From: a virus | Taxonomy: Duplodnaviria; Caudoviricetes | Reading direction: 5' to 3' (one strand) | DNA length: 64,000 nt | IMG/VR virus record: IMGVR_UViG_3300028833_000074 | Location: 64,001-128,000 of that record | Shown here: piece by piece, positions 11,794 through 20,872 of the stretch | How the letters are laid out: the number at the start of each line of letters is the position of its first letter | Position numbering within the stretch: the first letter of the stretch is position 1 | Notes under the pieces: model-generated | What the model saw: only the letters and a program-made list of their open reading frames with translations | What the model was told of the DNA's origin: nothing | Databases searched by the model: none | Translations under genes and position numbers: made by a program

Positions 11794-12000
11794 TTACCAA
11801 TCTTTTAATGCTAATTTAACATCTTGGGCTTGGACAGTTTTTCTACCAGCGTGTTTTGCGTAAGTAGTAGCCTTTTGAGATACAGAGATAACATAATCTT
11901 CTGCAGCTTGACCCAAAATGTCAATTGCGTCTGTGCTTACTCTTTCTGCACCTACACCTTTAAGTAATCTTGCAGTTGGTGCTTTTGGATATTCACTCAT
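11794..12000 (-). CDS. Archaeal histone (HMfA/HMfB family), 68 aa
   Basis: MSEYPKAPTARLLKGVGAERVS...AKHAGRKTVQAQDVKLA matches HMf histone signatures; GGAGG RBS before ATG 12000. Confidence 0.95.
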   Translation of the reverse strand: MSEYPKAPTARLLKGVGAERVSTDAIDILGQAAEDYVISVSQKATTYAKHAGRKTVQAQDVKLALKDW

Positions 12001-12090
12001 ATTTTTAGCCTCCATGTTTTTTTTATTTCGCACGAAACTTAAACGTTGTAATACAACATTTTAATCTCACACAATATAATATTAGCATAA

Positions 12091-12483
12091 TCAAGTATTT
12101 AAACTTTTCGATTTTATCCATATTTTATTCTGTTGACATAAATCGACAAACAACTTATATTCTTCATAAGTTAAATTATATTTTTCAAGGAAAATGGGTA
12201 AATCTACCAATAAAGAATGTAAAACACCCGGAAAATCATATAATGTAATTGATAAATTTTTCATTTTTTCCTTATCTATACCTTTAATTGGTATATTATG
12301 TTTTTTTAATTCATCTATGATAACTTTTTCATAATGCTCATTGCCATCCAATTGGAATAAGTATAAACTTTGCTGTTTTTTTGTACATTCACGACAATAA
12401 TATGATAAGCCATCCGGATTATTTCTATTTTTTGAAAAACAAGATTCATCTAAAATTCTTTTACAATTATTACATTTTTTCAT
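12091..12483 (-). CDS. Zinc-finger protein (CxxC...F...DGL...CxxC type seen on phage HNH-associated proteins)
   Basis: N-terminus MKKCNNCKRILDESCFSKNRNNPDGLSYYCREC. Confidence 0.6.
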   Translation of the reverse strand: MKKCNNCKRILDESCFSKNRNNPDGLSYYCRECTKKQQSLYLFQLDGNEHYEKVIIDELKKHNIPIKGIDKEKMKNLSITLYDFPGVLHSLLVDLPIFLEKYNLTYEEYKLFVDLCQQNKIWIKSKSLNT

Positions 12484-12522
12484 TTTTTAATCACAAAAAA
12501 AAAATAAATAAAGGGATATATT

Positions 12523-12906
12523 TTAAAACCATGTTGTTAAAGTATATGGTGGATAATCTCCAACATAATATTTCCAATATGGTGGGCGATATGTGTATGT
12601 TTTAGTGGATGTATAATCTTTTTTTTCCTCTAATTCTTTTAAGATATCTTCAACCAATTGTTTGACATCTATAGTTGTATCGCATTCATCACAATCACAA
12701 TCACAATCACAATCACATGTATCATTATCTTTTGCTCTTTCATACTCGGCTTCTTGCTTAAGTTGTTCCCACGCTTCTTCTTTGATTCGTTTATGTTCTA
12801 ATATTTTTTTAATAAATTGAATTTCTTCTTCAATATGACTTAATCTTTCAATAAGATAATCATAGTCTCTGTCATCTTCATAATTAACATCACAACAATT
12901 ATTCAT
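12523..12906 (-). CDS. Hypothetical protein with a (Cys-Asp)n tract
   Basis: GGTGAT RBS before ATG 12906; contains TCDCDCDCDCDECD. Confidence 0.6.
   Translation of the reverse strand: MNNCCDVNYEDDRDYDYLIERLSHIEEEIQFIKKILEHKRIKEEAWEQLKQEAEYERAKDNDTCDCDCDCDCDECDTTIDVKQLVEDILKELEEKKDYTSTKTYTYRPPYWKYYVGDYPPYTLTTWF
12688..12717. repeat. Hexanucleotide tandem repeat (ATCACA)x5 encoding Cys-Asp
   Basis: atcacaatcacaatcacaatcacaatcaca is read directly. Confidence 0.85.
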
Positions 12907-13150
12907 CTGTATCACCAGTTTTATTATTAAAATTTTCCAATAATTTATCATGTTCACGTAACCATTCGGTACAATAAACAAGATTACTAATTTTTTCCTC
13001 TTCATCATCTTCATTATGCAATACACCTTGTGCAAATGAAAAAAAAATTGATGAAGCCAATTTTTGTGAATCTAATATTTTTAAATTATCTGGTTTAGTA
13101 AACTCCTTGATAATTTCAATTAATATTAAATCAATGTCATCTTCATGCAT
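12899..13150 (-). CDS. Hypothetical protein
   Basis: 83-aa ORF whose end overlaps the next gene's start. Confidence 0.55.
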   Translation of the reverse strand: MHEDDIDLILIEIIKEFTKPDNLKILDSQKLASSIFFSFAQGVLHNEDDEEEKISNLVYCTEWLREHDKLLENFNNKTGDTDE

Positions 13151-13174
13151 ATCAAAAACCTTTAAAAATTATCC

Positions 13175-13213
13175 AAAAAAAAATCCCCATTAAACATATA
13201 TTTAATGGGGATT
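13175..13213 (-). terminator. 13-bp hairpin followed by a U-tract
   Basis: aatccccattaaa (13182-13194) / tttaatggggatt (13201-13213), with an A9 run on + that is a U-tract on -. Confidence 0.7.
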
Positions 13214-13286
13214 ATATTTAGTTATCAAGTTTGTCATGAGCCAAATGTTGAGAATAAAATATTCTACAATAATATATTTACAATCA

Positions 13287-13303
13287 TCATATATAAAGTT
13301 TTC
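13287..13303 (-). promoter_or_regulatory. Archaeal BRE/TATA promoter
   Basis: The - strand reads GAAAACTTTATATATGA, the same motif as at 26797, 35362 and 60278. Confidence 0.55.
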
Positions 13304-13305
13304 GA

Positions 13306-13605
13306 TTACTGAAACATCATATCAACATTTTCTTCTTGCTCATCATTTGGCTGTTGCAAATCATCCGCATAAACAATTTCTATATCAGATATATTTTGCT
13401 TATTAATAATAACAAACCTTTCTGTACCATCATCAACTGTATAACTTACACCCAAACAATCATCGTCTTCATAATCGATAAAGGCAAAATTATATAATGT
13501 ATCGTACGTAAGAACACGTACACATACTTTATTGACTTCATCTTTATTTACATTCATACCTTTTGATATCATTAAACTATAATTATTTGGCATAGTATCA
13601 TACAA
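13306..13605 (-). CDS. Acidic hypothetical protein (possible small beta-barrel/Sm-like fold)
   Basis: 99-aa ORF; the 'INKQNISDIEI' ending resembles Sm-like strands (weak). Confidence 0.5.
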   Translation of the reverse strand: MYDTMPNNYSLMISKGMNVNKDEVNKVCVRVLTYDTLYNFAFIDYEDDDCLGVSYTVDDGTERFVIINKQNISDIEIVYADDLQQPNDEQEENVDMMFQ

Positions 13606-13634
13606 TATTTCTTTTTTGTTCTAATGTTTATAAA

Positions 13635-15656
13635 CTATTCGGTAAGTTTATGTCTATGACGCTGATTAAACTCTTCACGCTTGCCGGCATTGAATGTATT
13701 AATGCATAAATAATATCCGGTGATTCTGTCGAACAGTCTTAAATCTTTACTACCACAAATAGGACATACTTCAAGTTTATCATTAATTGTAAAACCACAC
13801 TCGGCGCAAAATGTAAAAACCTTACTATACGCCCAAAATATTGGATTACCAAATTCTAAAATACGTTGGTTTAATTTCCAAATGGCTTCTGCATCTGACC
13901 ATACTTCACCAGACCAAATATGAAGAATGTCACCACCAAGGGATAAGTGTGCAAATTTTCCAGCATTTTCAATATGCTTAATCCAATCCACACCACTTGA
14001 AACTGGGATATGATGGCTATTAGTAAGATAATAAGCGCCTTCCTTACCTTGAACCGGACATTGAGGATATTTTTCTCTATTTATTGTAGCAAATCTAAAA
14101 ACTGTAGATTCTGCTGGTGATGCAATCACACTCCAACGAAGACCATCTCTTTCAAAAAATTCTTGTTTTTTCTTGTTAATAAATTTAACAATTTGTACGC
14201 CCTCATCTTCGGCTTCAACAATATTTTTGCCAAATAATACTTCAAGACATTCATTTAAGCCAGCATATCCTAAAGTAATGGTTGTACGATTAATATCCCA
14301 GAGTGGCTCTTTTGTATCTTTATCGACTTGCAGTAAGAAATCTGATGTATGTTTATTATAGATAATATCTTTAACGACTTCTCTTCTATGTATTAAACTT
14401 TTGTAACAAATTTCACAAACATTATCTAATAATTCATAGAAATCATCGACATCACCATCAACTTCTAATGCCAATAAAGGAAGATTTATTGTGTTATACA
14501 TAAAATTACCAGTATTACAACAATCTTTGAAATAATCACCGGTATAATTCATAGGTAAAGAACTTCTGCAACCCATTGTGCTTCTTTCTAAATCAATACA
14601 ATTATTATAATAAATAGTTGGGTTATTCGCCCCAGTTTCATGGAGTATTTTGCAAGTTCCTTTATATTCATCCAAATCACCCTTACGAATGTTAAAGAGT
14701 ATATTTGGGAAACGATGATAAGCGTTTTGACCATCTTTATTGTTTGAAACTTCACAAACAGCCTTAAAGATTAGGTCTGCCTCTTCTTGATAGTCTTTAT
14801 ATGTTCCAATTGCAACTCCTTCAAAAGAAATTGCTGGCTCATCTGCTAAAACTGGTGGACAAGAAAGGTCTAATGCAATAGAAGAGAACAATACTTGGCC
14901 ACCACGACAAATAAGTGACATGTTACAGTTGAAAATGAATCCCTCAATTGCTTGTTTGATATCTCGGTAAGAGCGCCCCTTACAGAATGGTGATAATAAC
15001 GTATTGAAATTTACATAGCCTTGCCCCCCAGAAAAGACTGTAGCACCGGCCATCCATGCTTGAAGCATATGATTAAGTAATACTTCAAGAGATTTAGCCG
15101 GCTTTGCTACTGAACCCATTTCACCTTTACCATCTATTTTGAGTCCATTTTTAGCAAAAAATCTCAAATCATAGTTCATACAATTAGGTCTTGTCATATA
15201 GTACTCTAAATCATGAATGTGAATCAACCCTTCACGATGGGCTTCAGCACACTCTTCTGGCATCTTCAATAAAGCGTATTCCTTTGCTATAGAGTCGTAT
15301 GCATATTTGGCAATCATCTCTGGACTATAACCAATGTTAGCATTATCCTTACATCCATTTGCAATAAGGTCTTCAAACTCCTTAACACTCATACCAAGTT
15401 TACGATAGTGTTCTTCGGCTTCAAATTCTCTTTCTTGCAATAATTGTGATGATACTTCAGCACGAATTGCTGATGTAGAAATTTCAGCCATTCCATCTTT
15501 TTTTAATTTATAAAGTTTATTAGAAATTCTACGCTGAATTTTTTCGGCAAGTTTCTCATCAACATTAGTTTCGTCCATAATAGTCTGTGCAATCAAACGT
15601 GGTTTAAATTGCTCTTTACTTCCATCATTATGTATTACAATAATTTTTTCTGTCAT
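13635..15656 (-). CDS. nrdD: Anaerobic (class III) ribonucleoside-triphosphate reductase with ATP-cone
   Basis: N-terminal ATP-cone, 'IHIHDL', 'SGGQG', finger-loop 'TMGCRS', zinc site CAECG...CPICG and glycyl-radical 'RITGY'. Confidence 0.95.
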   Translation of the reverse strand: MTEKIIVIHNDGSKEQFKPRLIAQTIMDETNVDEKLAEKIQRRISNKLYKLKKDGMAEISTSAIRAEVSSQLLQEREFEAEEHYRKLGMSVKEFEDLIANGCKDNANIGYSPEMIAKYAYDSIAKEYALLKMPEECAEAHREGLIHIHDLEYYMTRPNCMNYDLRFFAKNGLKIDGKGEMGSVAKPAKSLEVLLNHMLQAWMAGATVFSGGQGYVNFNTLLSPFCKGRSYRDIKQAIEGFIFNCNMSLICRGGQVLFSSIALDLSCPPVLADEPAISFEGVAIGTYKDYQEEADLIFKAVCEVSNNKDGQNAYHRFPNILFNIRKGDLDEYKGTCKILHETGANNPTIYYNNCIDLERSTMGCRSSLPMNYTGDYFKDCCNTGNFMYNTINLPLLALEVDGDVDDFYELLDNVCEICYKSLIHRREVVKDIIYNKHTSDFLLQVDKDTKEPLWDINRTTITLGYAGLNECLEVLFGKNIVEAEDEGVQIVKFINKKKQEFFERDGLRWSVIASPAESTVFRFATINREKYPQCPVQGKEGAYYLTNSHHIPVSSGVDWIKHIENAGKFAHLSLGGDILHIWSGEVWSDAEAIWKLNQRILEFGNPIFWAYSKVFTFCAECGFTINDKLEVCPICGSKDLRLFDRITGYYLCINTFNAGKREEFNQRHRHKLTE

Positions 15657-15711
15657 GTTTTACAATCCTTTTTTATTCATTATGATGTATATTTTCTATC
15701 ATATATAAAAA

Positions 15712-16362
15712 TCATATTCCATATACACCAACATTTAAACATAATTTGGTAAACATAATATCAAGTTCACTAATTTTTTTTTCAGAAATTTTACTTACAC
15801 GAATTATTTCTAATTTATTCATAATGTTATCTATATACACTTGTAATTTTATAATATAATTATCATCATCTTGCGTTAAATTCATTTCATCATCAATAAT
15901 TTTATAAATCTTATCAAAACTTTTAATTTCTACAAGCGTATTTTCAATTTCCTTATATTGAAAATCATTTGCACGTAATGATAAAATCATATTTTGTAAT
16001 TGACCAATGAATTTTTCAATAGGGGGATTGTCTATCACAAAAGAAATTATCTCATTAAACTCTTCGTTATCAGATGTAGCATTAATTAATAAATTATAAC
16101 ATGATGGTGAACCAATATTATAAATATAATATAAAATCACACCAAGTTCAATAAATATTACTTGATGTCCATCTATTTCCATTGTGATATCAGACTCTGG
16201 TTGCTTTACAAAAGATAAATAATTATTTAGCGAATTAATAAAAATACCATAAATATTATTATATTGCGTATAGCAACTTAAAACAACTACTTGCTTGTTA
16301 TCTTCAAAAGAATCAGCAATTAAACGTAATGTTTTATCATCAATAGGTTTATCTTCATTCAT
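15712..16362 (-). CDS. Hypothetical protein, possibly a degenerate nucleotidyltransferase-fold protein
   Basis: 'NIYGIFI...YLSF' and 'GSPSCYNLL' weakly resemble phage nucleotidyltransferases, but there are no catalytic GS/DxD residues. Confidence 0.35.
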   Translation of the reverse strand: MNEDKPIDDKTLRLIADSFEDNKQVVVLSCYTQYNNIYGIFINSLNNYLSFVKQPESDITMEIDGHQVIFIELGVILYYIYNIGSPSCYNLLINATSDNEEFNEIISFVIDNPPIEKFIGQLQNMILSLRANDFQYKEIENTLVEIKSFDKIYKIIDDEMNLTQDDDNYIIKLQVYIDNIMNKLEIIRVSKISEKKISELDIMFTKLCLNVGVYGI

Positions 16363-16864
16363 TATAATCCCCATCGTATTTTGTATCCACTCCTTGCGCT
16401 TGTAAATCAACTAATTGTGCAAATCTTGCACCTTTTTCAATGCAAAAATCTGTATTACGATGATTGATAATCAAAAAACTTAAATGTCCATCGAAACCAG
16501 CATCACCTAATGCTGTTTGTACAGACACGCCAGCACGCAACAAAGAAGAACGTGGCAAATAAAATTGCGCAGAGTCTGGAGCAATTTTAATTTTTTCTTT
16601 AGTAACCGCAATATAAGGTGTATTTGGTTGTAATGTATATACTTGCCTTAAACTACCTTTGACTTGTACAGTATTTGTATTAACATCGGTTTGTTGAGGT
16701 AAAACTTTAATATCTTTAAATAAACCATATATATGCATATTTGTATCTTCTATTGTTTTAATACAATCTAAAGTTAAATCAATACCAGTAGGTTGATATT
16801 GTTTATCATCCAGTCCATTATAACGTTCTCTTAAAATTAATTCACCATTAATCACTTGAATCAC
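16355..16864 (-). CDS. Trimeric dUTPase / dCTP deaminase family
   Basis: Motifs 'QPTGIDLT', 'PRSSLLRAG', 'DAGFDG', 'RFAQL' and C-terminal 'YDGDY'. Confidence 0.9.
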   Translation of the reverse strand: MIQVINGELILRERYNGLDDKQYQPTGIDLTLDCIKTIEDTNMHIYGLFKDIKVLPQQTDVNTNTVQVKGSLRQVYTLQPNTPYIAVTKEKIKIAPDSAQFYLPRSSLLRAGVSVQTALGDAGFDGHLSFLIINHRNTDFCIEKGARFAQLVDLQAQGVDTKYDGDYNE

Positions 16865-17060
16865 CTAATTTTAATATTTTTCCTTGAGAAATATCCATAA
16901 AAATTTCAGTAGGTAATATTTCTCTCACTTCATAATTTTGTTTTATTGCTTTATCAATATCATCAACACTAATAATACCTATAAACTCATCATGTTCATA
17001 GATTAACAAAAAATTTTTCCACAACTCCCATACACTAATTCCTAATAAATCTTTATACAT
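16848..17060 (-). CDS. Hypothetical protein
   Basis: GGAGG RBS before ATG 17060; overlaps both neighbours. Confidence 0.5.
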   Translation of the reverse strand: MYKDLLGISVWELWKNFLLIYEHDEFIGIISVDDIDKAIKQNYEVREILPTEIFMDISQGKILKLGDSSD

Positions 17061-17712
17061 TTTCTTCCTCCGCAACACGTTTGAAATTTGCGTAAACATC
17101 TTTAGCAAACACAATTGATGTTTTCTTTAAGGCCATCAAATGTAATCTTTTCTTATTATATGTTGGATTTTTATATTTATATTGCGTTTTATAATAACGA
17201 TATAATTCTGCAAACTCATCATCGTTTGCAATTAATTTACTCGTACATCGTATGATTGCTTTTTTTAAATCTTCACAGTAATCAATAGGGTCTTGTTTTT
17301 TATTGGCAACAATCTGCCCCCTACTGTATTTCTTAATTTTAGAATAATAATTTTTATTTCTTACAACTGGAGATAAACCAGCATATGATAAAAAATGCTT
17401 ACGATTTTGAAAACGCTGAATGTCACCTATCTCGACAATAAGTTCGGCAGCATCATATAAATTAATATAAGGTACTTTGCGTAAAAAACTCATATATTCT
17501 TCTGAAAAAAATAAAATATTTTGTATTTCATCTCTTAACATTTGCAAAGGACTATCAAAAGGTAATATACTAATATTTTCAAGCCTATTATATCTTGATG
17601 ATGATATATCACCAAAACTTATTAAACGATGTTTATTACTCTTTTGTGCATTAAAAACAGTTTTATTCGTGTTAAATAATATTGATAAAACTTTACGCTC
17701 ACTTGAATCCAT
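17053..17712 (-). CDS. IS110-related Nop-domain protein lacking a nuclease domain (TasA-like)
   Basis: 'LRKVPYINLYDAAELIVEIGDIQRFQNRKHFLSYAGLSP' matches the IS110 C-terminal/Nop domain. There is no DEDD RuvC domain and no catalytic SSG loop. The C-terminus reads 'LYRYYK...KRLHLMALKK...FAKDVY'. Confidence 0.7.
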   Translation of the reverse strand: MDSSERKVLSILFNTNKTVFNAQKSNKHRLISFGDISSSRYNRLENISILPFDSPLQMLRDEIQNILFFSEEYMSFLRKVPYINLYDAAELIVEIGDIQRFQNRKHFLSYAGLSPVVRNKNYYSKIKKYSRGQIVANKKQDPIDYCEDLKKAIIRCTSKLIANDDEFAELYRYYKTQYKYKNPTYNKKRLHLMALKKTSIVFAKDVYANFKRVAEEENV

Positions 17713-17716
17713 TGTT

Positions 17717-18343
17717 TCACATCCTTAAAATATTATTTTTGGCTTTTTTAGATAAACGTGGTATTTTATCTAATTCATCTTCAGTTGCTGTTAATACTTT
17801 GCTTGGTTTTTTAAAATTTTTCAATAATGTGCGAGCAGTTTGTTTTCCTACACCATCAATACCAATTAAAACATTAATAAAAGCATTGGAATCTTTTTTT
17901 CTTACAATAGGATATTCTAATGGTTCTGTAGATTTATCAATATTATTAATAATTGATGAAATGCAAGAAACAAATTGTTTAAAGTTACTTGCAACAAATA
18001 CTGGGGTTTTATAACGAATCATCAACGACGCAATATTTCCAAATTTTTCATTATTTGTTTGTTGTGTCACATATTGTTCGTTCATTTTAAAATCATCATA
18101 AATAATAATAAATGAAAAAGGCGTTAATTCTTTCATTTGCAAAGCCTCTTTCTGAATTTGTCTATTTCGACAAGATGTGATAAAATCTTGAATTGTTTTC
18201 GTCTCAATTAATATATCTTTTTTACCTTCTTGTAAAATTGCAATATCACCAGAAATTAAACGTTCTACTTTCAAATCTGGAAAATAATTACGTAATTTTG
18301 CAATACGTTCATCATCTTCTCTATCATCAACAAGAATATGCAT
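17717..18343 (-). CDS. ERCC4/XPF (Hef-like) nuclease with C-terminal HhH
   Basis: 'VDDRE', 'GDI', 'IETKTIQDF' (ERKxxxD-like) and HhH 'IDGVGKQTA'. Confidence 0.9.
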   Translation of the reverse strand: MHILVDDREDDERIAKLRNYFPDLKVERLISGDIAILQEGKKDILIETKTIQDFITSCRNRQIQKEALQMKELTPFSFIIIYDDFKMNEQYVTQQTNNEKFGNIASLMIRYKTPVFVASNFKQFVSCISSIINNIDKSTEPLEYPIVRKKDSNAFINVLIGIDGVGKQTARTLLKNFKKPSKVLTATEDELDKIPRLSKKAKNNILRM

Positions 18344-18351
18344 ATAATCAC

Positions 18352-19281
18352 CTATAAATATAAATTAGCGCCACAACAATCAGATGAATTACAAATACCA
18401 TTACACTTTTGTGATTCACAACTTGAAAACAATATATCTTCTCTACCAAATAGATAGGAAACTTGATGTTCTTCTTCTACACAATGTTGAAATTTTTCAT
18501 CAGATAAATGATTTCGCAAAATCTCAACAACTTCTTCTTCAGTATATCCATCATCACGTAAATATATAATTAATTCACGACGCTCATGATATCCTAAATT
18601 TGCATTAGATAGAAGATAATCAATACAAGGTGGAAACTTGGCACTAAAATGAATATCATTCAATATAACTTCGTGTTTAGTTGTGATAATATCTTCATCC
18701 AATGGCAACAAAGAAACATAATCTTGACCGATAATATAATCGGCATGTCCATTGTATGATTTTGCCATTTGACAAATGTCTTCGTAAGATAATTCACATA
18801 ATTGATGATATTCAATTGGTATGCAATATAAACCAGTTTTTAAATTTTTAGTGCCAAGTATACGAGAAACTCTACGAGTATCTCCAACAACAGATGGGTC
18901 CGAATATGTGTTGGTTCTCCGATGTAAATTTTTTACCCACTTTTTTATCGCCAATTTAGGTTGTTTTAATTGTTCGTTATGAGTTAAAATAAAAATATGA
19001 AAGCCTCGACCACTAAAACGAATATAAAATTTTACACCCAAATCGTAAAGATAAAACGCAACCTTACGTACATCATCATAGAACTTTAAATCTGTATCAT
19101 AATCAAAATCAAGAAAAATTTTATCAATATAAGCATTTGGTGCTATTGGTTCTCCAACATAAGAATATACAGATTGATAAATATTTTTTTTTCCATTATA
19201 TAATGCAATAAATTTATCAATATCAGCATCATCTGTAATTGTTATTCTTATTTTGGGAATAAAAATTTCTTTAACCATCAT
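18352..19281 (-). CDS. Fused archaeo-eukaryotic primase (PriS catalytic domain + PriL Fe-S domain)
   Basis: AEP motifs 'FLDFD', 'FSGRGFH', 'DTRRVSR'; PriL-CTD motifs 'FPPCI', 'HERR', 'SC...C...C'. Confidence 0.85.
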   Translation of the reverse strand: MMVKEIFIPKIRITITDDADIDKFIALYNGKKNIYQSVYSYVGEPIAPNAYIDKIFLDFDYDTDLKFYDDVRKVAFYLYDLGVKFYIRFSGRGFHIFILTHNEQLKQPKLAIKKWVKNLHRRTNTYSDPSVVGDTRRVSRILGTKNLKTGLYCIPIEYHQLCELSYEDICQMAKSYNGHADYIIGQDYVSLLPLDEDIITTKHEVILNDIHFSAKFPPCIDYLLSNANLGYHERRELIIYLRDDGYTEEEVVEILRNHLSDEKFQHCVEEEHQVSYLFGREDILFSSCESQKCNGICNSSDCCGANLYL

Positions 19282-19667
19282 TCTAACATCTCGATATAAT
19301 GTTCAAATTCATTGTCTAAAACCATTTCGGCTAATTTAATCGCAAATTGACATCCGGGGTCAAGCATTAGGCCACTATTATAATCAATCACATAAAATGG
19401 CCATTCGGTACATGCATCGAATCTCGTTTCATATTCATTACATGTTTTACCATTAAAATATTGACAATCAATTGTGCGACAACAATCACCACATTGCTTA
19501 CAAAATTCTGGATGTTCTTGCACCATATTATATGTGAAATAAGAATCTGGTGCTTGTAATAAAACTGTTTCAATAATATCTGCTACCATTTCATCCCCTA
19601 TATTAGGATATTTAAGTGTGTATTTGTCTAACATTTTTTTTATAAATTTTAAATGATTAATAGGCAT
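19278..19667 (-). CDS. YkgJ-like zinc/iron-chelating cysteine-cluster protein
   Basis: CKQCGDCC...C...C..YETR...C..WPF. Confidence 0.8.
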   Translation of the reverse strand: MPINHLKFIKKMLDKYTLKYPNIGDEMVADIIETVLLQAPDSYFTYNMVQEHPEFCKQCGDCCRTIDCQYFNGKTCNEYETRFDACTEWPFYVIDYNSGLMLDPGCQFAIKLAEMVLDNEFEHYIEMLE

Positions 19668-20383
19668 TAAAAACCACCTTCTTCTTCACACACTTCTTTA
19701 TAAGCACAATAATCACATAAGAATTGCCTTTCTGCATAAAAATTTTCTTCTTTAATTTCTTCTCGAATAAAGTTTAATAATTCAATAGTGGCTTCTTCAT
19801 CTGCATGCGTAACAAAAGAACCCTTCTCTTGTGATTCGCAAAAATTAACGAATTTCATGCCACCATCTTTAGTGAATACAATGCCAGCAGATATAACCTT
19901 TTTGTTAGGAAATTCTTTTTCAACTAATAATTTATAATAAGTCAATTCTAACCGATAATTTTTAATAGGTTTACTTTTACCGGTTTTATAATCAATAATG
20001 ATTAAATCGCCAAACTCATCTTCTAAAATTAAATCACATAATCCAGAAAAATTAATATCTTCATTATATAAATATTCCTCTGCACTAAATACTGTATATG
20101 TTTCTTTTTCATCATGAAAAACTTCATCATAAAAACGTGCTAAATTAAATAAATGTGTTTTAAGATTAAATTTAGAACCACTTTCATTATATATTTTTAT
20201 TAATTGTTCATAAAAATCTCCATCTATATCGATATTTTTAATAAATGTTTCCGCAATATTATGTACATCAGTACCTAATTGCATAAATTCATTAGGTTGT
20301 TGTTTAAGTTTATCTATATACATATATTTAAATTCTCTACGACATTTTAAAAAACTATTGACAGCACTTTTACTTAACTTCAT
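19667..20383 (-). CDS. PD-(D/E)XK Cas4/RecB-like exonuclease
   Basis: 'LSKS...C', 'GTDVH', 'GLCD', 'IIDYKTG' and C-terminal 'CDYCAYKEVC' Fe-S ligands. Confidence 0.9.
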   Translation of the reverse strand: MKLSKSAVNSFLKCRREFKYMYIDKLKQQPNEFMQLGTDVHNIAETFIKNIDIDGDFYEQLIKIYNESGSKFNLKTHLFNLARFYDEVFHDEKETYTVFSAEEYLYNEDINFSGLCDLILEDEFGDLIIIDYKTGKSKPIKNYRLELTYYKLLVEKEFPNKKVISAGIVFTKDGGMKFVNFCESQEKGSFVTHADEEATIELLNFIREEIKEENFYAERQFLCDYCAYKEVCEEEGGF

Positions 20384-20838
20384 AATATCTCTCCCTCTTC
20401 ATCAATTAATTCCCATACAATCTCTGCCGATATCCAATCTTCAAAATAACCTAAATTAATATAATGACTATGATAATACAATCTAAAAGGTTTATTGCGC
20501 TTTTGATTGATATGACTAATGTATTTAATTTTAGATGTATCCCATAAATCATATTTACGCAAGCCACCATCAGAATTATACTGATAATCACCACCCTTGG
20601 TAAAATTATATTCTGGTGAATATAAATCAATATAATATCGTTCTTTGTCATTCAATTCCGAAACAGCACATTCACATTCAACACGTAATTGATATCGAAT
20701 GGGGTCATCTTGTATTAATATATCAATTGGTTGACGCCCATGTGCATGATTTCTGTGTCTTTTATAAATATTACGACTTTGCCCAATATACAAAACCTTC
20801 ATTGTTTTTATATCAACATACGAATATATACCAATCAT
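20380..20838 (-). CDS. GIY-YIG endonuclease (homing-endonuclease-like)
   Basis: 'IGIY...LYIGQS..I.KR...H', 'E..YI', 'YNFTKGG'. Confidence 0.85.
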   Translation of the reverse strand: MIGIYSYVDIKTMKVLYIGQSRNIYKRHRNHAHGRQPIDILIQDDPIRYQLRVECECAVSELNDKERYYIDLYSPEYNFTKGGDYQYNSDGGLRKYDLWDTSKIKYISHINQKRNKPFRLYYHSHYINLGYFEDWISAEIVWELIDEEGEIL

Positions 20839-20872
20839 TCAATAACTTTAAAAAATCAATATGGGATTTTAT

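Noticed and set aside
17053-17712. Active IS110 insertion sequence
   Set aside because: No DEDD/RuvC domain, no catalytic serine loop and no non-coding ends; the gene is tightly coupled to its neighbours.
19667-20383. CRISPR-associated cas4
   Set aside because: No other cas genes or array; stand-alone Cas4-like exonucleases are common in viral replication modules.
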